NCBI RefSeq assembly: GCF_000011805.1 | Contig: NC_006840.2 | DNA: 32,000 nucleotides | Source: Aliivibrio fischeri ES114 | GTDB lineage: Bacteria; Pseudomonadota; Gammaproteobacteria; Enterobacterales; Vibrionaceae | Strand: one strand, 5' to 3' | In this document: piece after piece, positions 8,277-17,304 of the stretch | Layout: the number at the start of each line of letters is the position of its first letter | How positions within the stretch are numbered: position 1 is the first letter of the stretch | Position numbers and translations under genes: made by a program | Notes under the pieces: model-generated | What the model saw: the letters and a program-made list of their open reading frames with translations, nothing else | Databases searched by the model: none | What the model was told of the DNA's origin: nothing

Positions 8277-8290
8277 TTATTTCAGATCAA
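8277..8290. promoter_or_regulatory. weak FNR-like box TTATT-TCAG-ATCAA upstream of the peroxidase gene
   Basis: 8/10 match to TTGAT-N4-ATCAA, about 200 nt upstream of the start codon. Confidence 0.25.
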
Positions 8291-8324
8291 TTTTATAAAT
8301 TCATTTTTTAAACTAAAAATACAC

Positions 8325-8362
8325 AAAAAGCCCATGATATGCATATTACACATCATGGGCTC
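8325..8362 (-). terminator. rho-independent terminator of pdxY
   Basis: GCCCATGAT-N13-ATCATGGGC stem, followed on the minus strand by TTTTT. Confidence 0.7.
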
Positions 8363-8396
8363 TTCTATTTTATTTGTGATTTTTATATCGAGCTAA

Positions 8397-9266
8397 TTAC
8401 GCGACTTTTTCTGCTTTTACGATAATTTCAGGAGCATTAAAACGTTCTTGTGATGCGATAAGTTGCAGTTCATACGCGCCGCGATTGAAGGTTTCTTGCA
8501 TAACAGAATCAACGGCTGCATTAGTACGTTCAAACGCATCAATTGGAGAGTAACCTGCCATTAAGTTCGCAAGCATCACACCGCTAATTAAGTCACCTGC
8601 GCCTACGGGTTGACGCTTTGCATCAAAATCATATAAAGGACGAGAAACGTGGTAGCTTCCATCTTCAGTCGTTAATAACATTTCAAAGCGATCTTTTTGA
8701 ATACCAGCACGGCTTAAATGTTTCACCACCACCATTTTAACACCCTTCTCAAGTAATTGATTATTCGCTTCAATCACTTGATCTAAGGTGTTAATTGTCA
8801 TGCCAGTTAAGCTTTCTAGTTCTAATAAATTAGGCGCGATAATATCCGCAGAACTTAAAGCTGATTCTTTAAAGAAGGTTTCTACTTCAGGAGCAACAAT
8901 GCAGCCTTTTTCAGGATGACCCATTACCGGATCACAAAAGTAAATTGCGTTTGGATTATCTTGTTTGATTTTGTTTACCGCAGTAACAATCTCTTGACCT
9001 TGCGCTGCTGAACCTAAGTAACCACTTAACACGGCATCACAAACTTGAGTCGCTTCAATTGCTGATAAACCATCAACTAATTCTGAAATGTGGCCAGCAG
9101 GCATTGCGATGCCTTTCCAACCTTGTTGATATTGTGTGTGATTTGAAAACTGTACCGTATTAATAGGCCATACTTCCATTCCCATTCTTCGCATTGGAAA
9201 AACCGCAGCACTGTTGCCTGCGCAACCAAATACCACATGAGACTGAATGGAAAGAATACGTTTCAT
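8397..9266 (-). CDS. pdxY: pyridoxal/pyridoxamine kinase PdxY
   Basis: 289 aa. The N-terminus ILSIQSHVVFGCAGNSAAVFPMRRMGMEVWPINTVQFSNHTQY and the C-terminal GAGDL motif are typical of PdxY. Confidence 0.9.
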   Translation of the reverse strand: MKRILSIQSHVVFGCAGNSAAVFPMRRMGMEVWPINTVQFSNHTQYQQGWKGIAMPAGHISELVDGLSAIEATQVCDAVLSGYLGSAAQGQEIVTAVNKIKQDNPNAIYFCDPVMGHPEKGCIVAPEVETFFKESALSSADIIAPNLLELESLTGMTINTLDQVIEANNQLLEKGVKMVVVKHLSRAGIQKDRFEMLLTTEDGSYHVSRPLYDFDAKRQPVGAGDLISGVMLANLMAGYSPIDAFERTNAAVDSVMQETFNRGAYELQLIASQERFNAPEIIVKAEKVA

Positions 9267-9342
9267 AACATCACCATAATTTAAAATAGAGTAAGGGCTT
9301 CCGTGCCCTAAAATAAACGATATTCCATCAAAACCCTAGGGC

Positions 9343-11481
9343 TTAATTTTGTTTTAGTACTTTCACTGTGTAACTGCCATCTTTTTGAGCATATACACCG
9401 TGAATATCAGTCTCAAAACCTGGGTAGTGAGCGCCGATTTCACATAGCATTTCTAAGAAATCAAGTACTGGGCGAGATTCAGCTGTTACCATTTCACCAG
9501 GAAGTACTAGAGGCACACCCGGTGGGTAAGGTAGGATCATATTCGCACTTACACGGTCTACTAAATCAGCTAGAGGCACTTCTTCTACGTTACCGCGAAG
9601 CTCTTCTTGCCATGCTGCATGTGGTGTTACTTTTAGTTCAGGAAGTACATCGAATGCTTTAAACATCAGTTCTGGTAAACGGTATTTACGAGTTAAATCG
9701 TGAATGCCTTGTGCCAGTTCTTGTACTCGCATACCTTCATAGAAACTTGGATCTTCGTTGTACAGTGAAGGAAGGAAGTTTTTCACTGTTAAGTTAAGAT
9801 CGAAGCCACGTTTAAAGTCCGTTAATGCACGTAGTAATTGCATTGCTTTTGATTTATCAATACCGATAGAGAATAGGAACAATAAGTTATATGGACCTGT
9901 TTTCTCTACTACGATACCGCGTTCATCTAAGTATTTAGCAACGATTGATGCAGGAATACCAGTCTCGCTCATTTCGCTATTTTCGTTCATTCCTGGAGTT
10001 AATAGCGTTACTTTGATTGGATCAAGGTACATGTGATCATCATCGATGTCCTTGAAGCCGTGCCATGAATCTTTTGGATCCAGTTTCCAACATTCAGTTG
10101 TATCGATGTTTTCTGGTTGCCATACATCAAAGAACCAGCTGTCACTTTCACTTTGAAGACGTTTGATCTCTTTACGGAAACGAATCGCACGGTCAATTGA
10201 GTCTTGGATCAGTTTCTTACCTGTATTACCACGCATCATTGCCGCAGCAGTTTCAGTTGATGCAACAATACCGTATTGAGGTGATGTTGATGTGTGCATC
10301 ATGAACGCTTCATTGAATGATTCTTTATCAAATTCACCTTTTACGTGGATCATTGATGCTTGAGAGAACGCAGCCAGTAATTTATGAGTTGATTGTGTTT
10401 CGTAGAACACTTTACCTGGCATTGCTTCGCCACTCATACCACACTTACCTTCATAAATTTTGTTGAAGTTAGTGTAAGGAACCCAAGCACTATCAAAGTG
10501 GATGTATTTAGTATCTAGCGTTTCTTTAATGTATTGAGTGTTATACAGAAGACCATCGTAAGTTGAGTTAGTAATAACCGCATAACCTGGCATGGTTGCG
10601 TTTGGTGTTGCTGCTACTTTTTGCTCAATCACTTCACGAGTAAATTCGCTTTGTGGGATGCCACCTAAAATACCGTAAGCATTACGTGTTGGACGGAAAT
10701 AAATAGGTGTTACATCACTCATCATCATCATGTGAGTCAGTGATTTGTGACAGTTACGGTCAACAAGCACTGTACTTCCTGCTGGTGCTGAGTACATGCC
10801 TACAATTTTGTTTGATGTAGAAGTACCGTTAGTTACGATGTAAGAGCTATCTGCATTAAACGTACGAGCAATGTACTCTTCAGCTTCTTTATGAGGACCA
10901 GAGTGATCAAGTAATGAACCTAGTTCAGGCATTGAGATTGATACGTCCGCTTTAAATGCGTTTGGACCGTAGAAATCATAGAAGATGCTGCCCGCTGGAC
11001 TTTTTTGGAAAGCCGTACCGCCCATGTGGCCAGGAGTACAGAAAGTATATTTACCCTCTTCTACGTATTTGAATAATGCCTTAGTAAACGGAGGCATGAT
11101 CTGATCTTTGTACTCTTCAGTCGCTTGATTAATTTTCAGAGCGATGTCGTCAGCCATATCTAACGCATATTCAAAGAAGTGTAGATTTAGACGTAAATCA
11201 GTTAATGAAATATCTAATGTTGAATGTTGGTTTGCAAATGCATATAGCGGCAGTTTTTCATTCAACGCATTAATTTCAGAACATAAATCTAGTGAGTATT
11301 TATCCCAGTCAAATAACACACCACAAATACGTGGGTTCATTTCAATCATTTTATATAGATCTTGTGCATCTACTGGGTAAACCACTTTGTAGCCTGCTTT
11401 TTCTAAAGAAGCATGCAATTCGCGAACTGGCTCTTCTTTAAAGAAAACACCTGAGTGATTTAGGATAGCAAAAATATTCAT
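9343..11481 (-). CDS. cadA: inducible lysine decarboxylase CadA
   Basis: 712 aa, close to the length of E. coli CadA (715 aa). It has a wing domain, a PLP domain (STHKLL) and a C-terminal domain, and lies immediately downstream of cadB. Confidence 0.95.
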   Translation of the reverse strand: MNIFAILNHSGVFFKEEPVRELHASLEKAGYKVVYPVDAQDLYKMIEMNPRICGVLFDWDKYSLDLCSEINALNEKLPLYAFANQHSTLDISLTDLRLNLHFFEYALDMADDIALKINQATEEYKDQIMPPFTKALFKYVEEGKYTFCTPGHMGGTAFQKSPAGSIFYDFYGPNAFKADVSISMPELGSLLDHSGPHKEAEEYIARTFNADSSYIVTNGTSTSNKIVGMYSAPAGSTVLVDRNCHKSLTHMMMMSDVTPIYFRPTRNAYGILGGIPQSEFTREVIEQKVAATPNATMPGYAVITNSTYDGLLYNTQYIKETLDTKYIHFDSAWVPYTNFNKIYEGKCGMSGEAMPGKVFYETQSTHKLLAAFSQASMIHVKGEFDKESFNEAFMMHTSTSPQYGIVASTETAAAMMRGNTGKKLIQDSIDRAIRFRKEIKRLQSESDSWFFDVWQPENIDTTECWKLDPKDSWHGFKDIDDDHMYLDPIKVTLLTPGMNENSEMSETGIPASIVAKYLDERGIVVEKTGPYNLLFLFSIGIDKSKAMQLLRALTDFKRGFDLNLTVKNFLPSLYNEDPSFYEGMRVQELAQGIHDLTRKYRLPELMFKAFDVLPELKVTPHAAWQEELRGNVEEVPLADLVDRVSANMILPYPPGVPLVLPGEMVTAESRPVLDFLEMLCEIGAHYPGFETDIHGVYAQKDGSYTVKVLKQN

Positions 11482-11504
11482 TTTATATCTCCAAGACGAA
11501 GAGA

Positions 11505-11544
11505 GGCGCTCCCCATCATTTTGATGGTGAGGTAGTGGAGCGCC
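11505..11544 (-). other. nested stem-loop in the cadB-cadA intercistronic region
   Basis: Outer 8-bp stem GGCGCTCC/GGAGCGCC enclosing the inner stem CCATCA-TTT-TGATGG. Confidence 0.5.
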
Positions 11545-11601
11545 GCTAGGGGTAAAACTTACTAAGTTGGTAGCGTTAACTGTTTACGCTATCGAGTGAC
11601 A

Positions 11602-12936
11602 TTAATGGGCTACTGCTTCTGCAGTTACATGTTGCTCTGATTGTTTCAGACCCATTTTTTTTGCGTAGAACATAAGGATGACAAGTGACACGATAAAGGT
11701 TGCAGTTAGTGTTGCACCTTCTGCACCAGCCAGTGCAATCATGCAGAACACACAAGCAATACCTGAGAAGAACATGGTAAAGCCGCTGCGTGTTGTCATA
11801 CCTTCGAAACGAATTAAGTTAATGCTTGAGTAGAAGTAAGGAAGCATTGTTAGTAGTACGGCATCAGTCGTTAACTGATTAAATAAGTCAGCAGTGTGAG
11901 CTGATTGAGAACTGAATACAGTTAGTGCAACCATCAGTGCTGTCATTTTAAGTGAAGCTAGGATTAGACCTTTTTTCGCTACACCATTTTTATCTGTTTC
12001 GCCGTAGATTTTAGGGAAGTTACCATCGTGAGCTGCACGTTTACCGGCTTCACCTACCAACATCATCCAAGAACCTAGAGAAGTGAAACACGCTAATGCT
12101 GTGAAAGCTGCAACAAATGGCGCTGACCAGCTACCGAAGATCTCAGTGGTTGCTAGAGCAAATGGAGCACCAGATGCCGCTACTTCTGCAGCAGGGAACA
12201 TACCGCTGATTACTTGAGTTGATAGAATATAAATCACACCGGCAATCGCTGTACCTAGCATTGTTGCTAGAGGAACGGTGCGTTTTGGATTTTTAACCAT
12301 ACCTGATGATACTGCTGCTGATTCAACACCAACAAATGACCATAAACAGATAAGAACAGCACTAATAATAGCGTGAGTACTTGTACCTGAAGATACATTC
12401 CAGTTTTGACTATATAGTGTCGAGTCAAAGTGTCCCCAACCAACAATCGCCGTACCAACAACAGGAATAAGGATAAGACCTAAACCTAATGTACATAGAC
12501 GACTTACCCAACTACCACCTAGTAAGTTAACTAAGGTAAATAACCATACCGATGCAATCGTCGCAGCAGCTGCAGGGATAGGGTCATTCAACGCAGGGAA
12601 GAAAACAGATAAGTAAGATACACCAGTAATAGCGATAGCTAAGTTACCAATCCAGTTTGCGTGGTAGTAAAGCACACCGGTTTGGAAACCAAATACAGGA
12701 GATACTTCACCTGCATAAGCGATTGGACCACCTTCTTGAGGGTTTTTCGTCGCTAAGCGAGCAAAAACAAAGGCCAAACTTAACGCACCTACCAAACAGA
12801 TAATCCAACTAAAAATAGATACTGAACCAACCGCTGCTAATGAAGAAGGTAATAGTGCAATACCACTCCCCATCATGTTGCCGGCTACAACACCTGTACA
12901 GGCAATTAAGCCAATTTTTTTTGTATTCGATTCCAT
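11602..12936 (-). CDS. cadB: lysine:cadaverine antiporter CadB (APC family)
   Basis: 444 aa counted from MESNTKKIGL, where GGAGA lies 4 nt upstream. The protein is polytopic and sits upstream of cadA. The 6-codon extension in the ORF track was dropped. Confidence 0.9.
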   Translation of the reverse strand: MESNTKKIGLIACTGVVAGNMMGSGIALLPSSLAAVGSVSIFSWIICLVGALSLAFVFARLATKNPQEGGPIAYAGEVSPVFGFQTGVLYYHANWIGNLAIAITGVSYLSVFFPALNDPIPAAAATIASVWLFTLVNLLGGSWVSRLCTLGLGLILIPVVGTAIVGWGHFDSTLYSQNWNVSSGTSTHAIISAVLICLWSFVGVESAAVSSGMVKNPKRTVPLATMLGTAIAGVIYILSTQVISGMFPAAEVAASGAPFALATTEIFGSWSAPFVAAFTALACFTSLGSWMMLVGEAGKRAAHDGNFPKIYGETDKNGVAKKGLILASLKMTALMVALTVFSSQSAHTADLFNQLTTDAVLLTMLPYFYSSINLIRFEGMTTRSGFTMFFSGIACVFCMIALAGAEGATLTATFIVSLVILMFYAKKMGLKQSEQHVTAEAVAH

Positions 12937-13594
12937 AACATCTCCAAGGATCATCGAATGGGCAATTTTTTTACCCGTTATACGAAATTTTTTCTTTAAG
13001 GAAGCGAGATGTTATTTGAAGCAGGTCATGCAAACTCTGCTGGGGTAGATAAACAACATCTCGCTCAAATTCTGAGGAGAAGACTACGCCCAACAAAGCG
13101 AAAAAAAATCAGGATAAAATTATCAATAAAATAATGATAAAAACATAAGCCTATTGACCTTTATTTTTTTACCCAAAATGAAAAACACACTTAAATTCAA
13201 GTGGTTAATATTTCATTTTTATATTTATGGTGGTTTTTATAAAAAATATAAATTTATCAAGAAGGGAATTTACGACAGGATTATAGTGAGGTTTATCTCA
13301 TCATTATAAGAATATAAAACCAATTTTTGGTGCTTAACTTCTTATTGGCTACTGAAAGAAAAAGCGCAACGATTATTTTGTAAATCTTTATGCTTATACG
13401 TAAAAAAAGTACGACATATTGTTTCATTATTATTGACTAATCAAACTTCGCTGAACTATATTAATCGCCGCAAATCCTTAGCAAACGATATTTTATACAA
13501 CTTTATAACAAAGTTACTTATATTTCTTAAAGGATGGCGCTCGTTATCCATTATTTAAGAAAAATAAATTAACGATTAATAATAAGGAAATTTC
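12937..13594. promoter_or_regulatory. AT-rich 658-bp divergent control region (cadBA promoter/leader on the minus strand, symporter promoter on the plus strand)
   Basis: Assigned by position only. No CadC box can be recognised without a reference motif. Confidence 0.35.
13433..13462 (+). promoter_or_regulatory. candidate sigma70 promoter for the symporter gene (TTGACT-N18-TATATT)
   Basis: Hexamers read directly. The spacer is 18 nt and the implied leader is about 130 nt. Confidence 0.3.
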
Positions 13595-15064
13595 ATGACA
13601 AACACAGATTCAACGCTTATTGAATCGATGAACGAAGTATTACTTTCGATTATCGGTAGTATCAATGGGCTTCTTTGGGGACAAGTCCTTGTTTATTTAT
13701 TAGTTGGTGTGGGTGTCTACTTCACTCTGCGTCTTGGCTTTATTCAAATTCGCCAACTAGGACACTCAATCAAAATCTTACGTAGCGGCCAAGAAATCGA
13801 AAATGGCATCAGCTCTTACCAAGTATTCTGTACCTCTATGGCAGCCCGCGTGGGAACGGGTAACATGGCAGGTGTTGCAGTTGCATTAACTGTTGGCGGC
13901 CCTGGTGCTATCTTCTGGATGTGGCTAATTGCTCTATTTGGTATGGCAACAGCTTTCATTGAATCAACACTAGCACAAGTTTACAAAGTAAAAGATGTTG
14001 ATGGTCAATACCGTGGTGGCCCAGCTTATTACATGGAAAAAGGTTTAGGCCAACGCTGGATGGGTACGCTTTTCTCTATCTTCTTAATCATCGCTTTTGG
14101 TCTAGTATTCAACGCTGTTCAAGCAAACACTATTACTGATGCTCTTAATCACTCATTTGGTTTTGATAAAACCATTATGGGTATCGTAATTGTTGTTATC
14201 TCTGGTTTCTTTATCATGGGTGGTTTACGTCGTGTTGCTAACGCATCATCGAAAATCGTTCCTGTTATGGCGATTGGTTACTTAGCCATTGCTCTTATCA
14301 TTGTAATAATGAATATCACAGATGTACCGGCAGTATTGGTTCTTATCGTTAAAAGTGCATTTGGCTGGCAAGAAGCGGCTGCTGGTGGTGTGGCGTACAC
14401 TATTGCACAAGCTATGCAATCAGGTATCGCTCGTGGTCTATTCTCAAATGAAGCGGGTATGGGTTCTGCAGCTAACATCGCAGCAAGTGCTACGCCAAAC
14501 CCTAACCACCCTGCATCACAAGGTTTTGTGCAAATGCTAGGTGTGTTTGTAGATACATTAGTTATCTGTACAGCCTCTGCGGCGATGATTATGCTTTCTG
14601 GCGTAATGGATCAACCAGATGCAACGACAGGTATCAGCCTACTTCAACAAGCACTAACTAACGAGTTAGGCGGTTGGACAAGCTACTTTATGGCACTAGC
14701 TATTCTTCTGTTCTGTTTCACATCTATCATTGCAAACTACAGCTACGCTGAAACAAACGTAATGTTCTTGAATGGTAATTCTAAGAAAGGCTTGTTTGGC
14801 TTCCGTATGTGTGTGCTAGCAATGGTTATGTTTGGTTCAGTTGCGTCTCTGCCAGTAGTATGGAACCTTGCAGATGCTTCTATGGGTATGATGGCTTTAA
14901 TCAACATTGTTGCTCTAGTTCTACTATCTAAACTAGCAATCAAAGTTATCAAAGATTACGAAGTTCAACTTAAAGCAGGAAAAACACCTGAATTTGACAG
15001 AACTAAGTTCCCTGAACTTGATGATTTAAAAGGTGCGTGGCACCCAAAGAAAAAACAACACTAA
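13595..15064 (+). CDS. alanine/glycine:cation symporter (AGCS family)
   Basis: 489 aa and polytopic, with AGCS hallmarks (MAARVGTGNMAGVA, GLFSNEAGMGSA). Confidence 0.9.
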   Translation: MTNTDSTLIESMNEVLLSIIGSINGLLWGQVLVYLLVGVGVYFTLRLGFIQIRQLGHSIKILRSGQEIENGISSYQVFCTSMAARVGTGNMAGVAVALTVGGPGAIFWMWLIALFGMATAFIESTLAQVYKVKDVDGQYRGGPAYYMEKGLGQRWMGTLFSIFLIIAFGLVFNAVQANTITDALNHSFGFDKTIMGIVIVVISGFFIMGGLRRVANASSKIVPVMAIGYLAIALIIVIMNITDVPAVLVLIVKSAFGWQEAAAGGVAYTIAQAMQSGIARGLFSNEAGMGSAANIAASATPNPNHPASQGFVQMLGVFVDTLVICTASAAMIMLSGVMDQPDATTGISLLQQALTNELGGWTSYFMALAILLFCFTSIIANYSYAETNVMFLNGNSKKGLFGFRMCVLAMVMFGSVASLPVVWNLADASMGMMALINIVALVLLSKLAIKVIKDYEVQLKAGKTPEFDRTKFPELDDLKGAWHPKKKQH

Positions 15065-15082
15065 TTTAATCCACAATTAGTT

Positions 15083-15120
15083 AAAAAAAGCCCGTCGAAC
15101 TAAATTCGACGGGCTTTTTT
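15083..15120. terminator. bidirectional rho-independent terminator between the symporter gene and cadC
   Basis: A7-GCCCGTCGAA-CTAAA-TTCGACGGGC-T6. Confidence 0.85.
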
Positions 15121-15156
15121 ATTACACCAATATACTGCATGAATCGTTAATCACGA

Positions 15157-16782
15157 TTACCCCATCAAGCGAACTTCACTTGGATTAACGGCTCGATACA
15201 TAAAATAAGCAACGGTTTCTAAATCACTGTAAAATGCAAGATTTTCAGCAAGCATATAAGTTTCAAGTGACGTATCCATAAAGAAAGCCTTGCTGTATGA
15301 CTCCCCTGCTTGATCTAAGTCGCCATCTAACTCAGCAAGTTTCCCTTCTAATATATAAGAGAATGCTGACTCTCTATTCTTAAATGCTAGGTTAAGATAA
15401 GCTCTAGCATCTTCTTTGTTATCTTGCTTAATCGCTATCATAGCTAATGCTTCATAGATACGAGAAGGCAATACACCGACATCCGATAAAGCATATCTAG
15501 CTTGAAGATCCTGACTTAACTTTTCAATTTTAGCGGTGTTTTCGTCCAACTCTAATTCAGGGTTAAGCGCTGAATATGCGTTATAAGCAATGTATAACTC
15601 TGAAAGCACATAATCATTATTCGGCTCTGCTAATGCAATGTTCTCTAACAGATCTATCCCTTTTTCAAAGTTTTTTTGATCCGTTTGATTAATGAAGTGA
15701 TTAGCTCGAACTAACATCTCTAATAAACCATGCTCCTTTGGTAAACCAAGCATTAATCTATTCATATCTTGTTCGGATGCCTGAACCCCTAACGCTCGCA
15801 TTAAATCTTGAGATGATTGGCGCAACACATGTTCTAAATTGGCATTGGTCATTAAATATTGACGACTAAACAGCACTCGATTTGAAATATTACTGCGATA
15901 CTCTACATCTAAATACGTTTTATTTTGTTGTTCTTCTACTCGTACATTCACCGCTTTTCCAGGCAAAATACCGGTAGTAAATGCGGTTTTATTTAACTGA
16001 ACTCGGTAATGGCCAACACTGGCTAAATCTGCCATCAGTTTTTGACTAATGCCATCAGCCAAATATTCTGTTTCATTATTCGAGTTACGGCTTGCGTGAT
16101 AGGTAAATTCAATTAAATCAGTATCAACAGCCTTGGTTATATGAGTGGTTGTTTGCTGATAAGTAACTGAAAAAATAACCGCAATTAATACGCCAACGAG
16201 AAAAAAGTCGAACGCTAATAGCTTCCAACGATGTAAAAAGCTAAAACTCTCACCCTGCTTTTTCTTTTCGTTTGATACTTGATTAGAAATATTAGTTACA
16301 GCACGAGTTAATGGACCTGCTGGAAAAGAGAGTTGTGCAGTCTCATCTTGTTCTTTTTCTTGCTCTTCGGTGTTCAATTCAACATTATGATTCTGATTTT
16401 CATCAGCTTCTGTTGAGGTAAATGTATCGCAAGGTTTCCAATAAGGCGTATCTTCTAATCTTATTTGCTTGGTTTCTGCAACCAACTTATACCCACGTTT
16501 TGGTACCGTAACTAAATAACGAGTGTTATCTAAACGACCATCACGCAATACTTTTCGCAGTTCAAATATTGATTGTGTTACCACTTGATCGGTAACAAAC
16601 GCACCATCCCATACATGTTTAATTAACTCATCTCGACAAAATACTTCACCTGAATGCTGTGCTAAAAAGCGAAGTAAATTAATTAAACGTGGTTCAACCG
16701 ACACTTCCCTATCTTGGCGATATAACTTATTTTCCTCAATAACTAGAGTCCAGTCATTAATTTGAAAACAGATCCCGACCAT
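15157..16782 (-). CDS. cadC: ToxR-like membrane-bound transcriptional activator CadC
   Basis: 541 aa. The N-terminal winged-helix domain aligns with E. coli CadC (EPRLINLLRFLAQHSGEVFCRDELIKHVWDG...VTQSIFELRK...VPKRGYKL). There is a single TM helix (LLAFDFFLVGVLIAVIFSV) and a periplasmic helical sensor domain. Confidence 0.85.
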   Translation of the reverse strand: MVGICFQINDWTLVIEENKLYRQDREVSVEPRLINLLRFLAQHSGEVFCRDELIKHVWDGAFVTDQVVTQSIFELRKVLRDGRLDNTRYLVTVPKRGYKLVAETKQIRLEDTPYWKPCDTFTSTEADENQNHNVELNTEEQEKEQDETAQLSFPAGPLTRAVTNISNQVSNEKKKQGESFSFLHRWKLLAFDFFLVGVLIAVIFSVTYQQTTTHITKAVDTDLIEFTYHASRNSNNETEYLADGISQKLMADLASVGHYRVQLNKTAFTTGILPGKAVNVRVEEQQNKTYLDVEYRSNISNRVLFSRQYLMTNANLEHVLRQSSQDLMRALGVQASEQDMNRLMLGLPKEHGLLEMLVRANHFINQTDQKNFEKGIDLLENIALAEPNNDYVLSELYIAYNAYSALNPELELDENTAKIEKLSQDLQARYALSDVGVLPSRIYEALAMIAIKQDNKEDARAYLNLAFKNRESAFSYILEGKLAELDGDLDQAGESYSKAFFMDTSLETYMLAENLAFYSDLETVAYFMYRAVNPSEVRLMG

Positions 16783-17257
16783 AAGATACTCATTTGTATG
16801 AATTGATATAAATATAAAAGAAGAAAGGCCTCAAAAATAATAAGGTTTATCTTATTTTCAAGCTCTCCTTTTGAAGAAGTTGGGATTATAGATAACCCTT
16901 CTTCTCATTTATATGATATTCCCATTTCAAAAATGGAATCTTAGGATCCAACCACTATTCAACGAATGAGAAAATCTCGTAACCATATGAATATAAAGAT
17001 AACTGACTAATATGAAACGCACTAAAAATGACCTAATAATTCCATTAACCGTCAACAAAAATAAATGAACAGCTAGGTAATTTTCATTAATATTTAACGC
17101 ATTATATTAATACAACATAAATAGAGTATAAATAGATCAATAAATCTCAACCTATTACTTTTAAATCAACAAAAATAATATTGATATAAAAAACCTAAAA
17201 CACTATTAATATTTTCATCAAATAATATCAATATACGCGTATCAGCAAGATAGAAAT

Positions 17258-17288
17258 AAAAAAGGCCAACCATGTGGTCAGCCTTTTT
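17258..17288. terminator. terminator downstream of the YeeE/YedE-type pair
   Basis: GGCCAACC-ATGT-GGTCAGCC (8 bp including G.U pairs when read on the minus strand), flanked by an A-run and a T-run. Confidence 0.65.
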
Positions 17289-17304
17289 AAAAACGGATAT
17301 ATAT

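Noticed and set aside
8007-8396. 129-aa plus-strand ORF.
   Set aside because: It overlaps the 5' end of the peroxidase gene and then runs through AT-rich intergenic DNA and the pdxY terminator. It has low-complexity Lys/Phe/Ile-rich sequence and no SD. It looks spurious.
9758-12461. Nested ORFs inside cadA and cadB (9758-10036, 10008-10196, 11144-11380, 12267-12461).
   Set aside because: These are shadow ORFs within high-confidence genes.
13460-13594. Glycine riboswitch upstream of the alanine/glycine:cation symporter. The well-known V. cholerae tandem glycine riboswitch precedes a gene of this family.
   Set aside because: No GGAGAG...ACCGAAGGGGCAA-type cores are present. The region is AT-rich and has only a local hairpin (13528-13560).
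14278-14952. Nested ORFs inside the symporter gene (14278-14478, 14322-14540, 14743-14952).
   Set aside because: These are shadow ORFs within a high-confidence gene.
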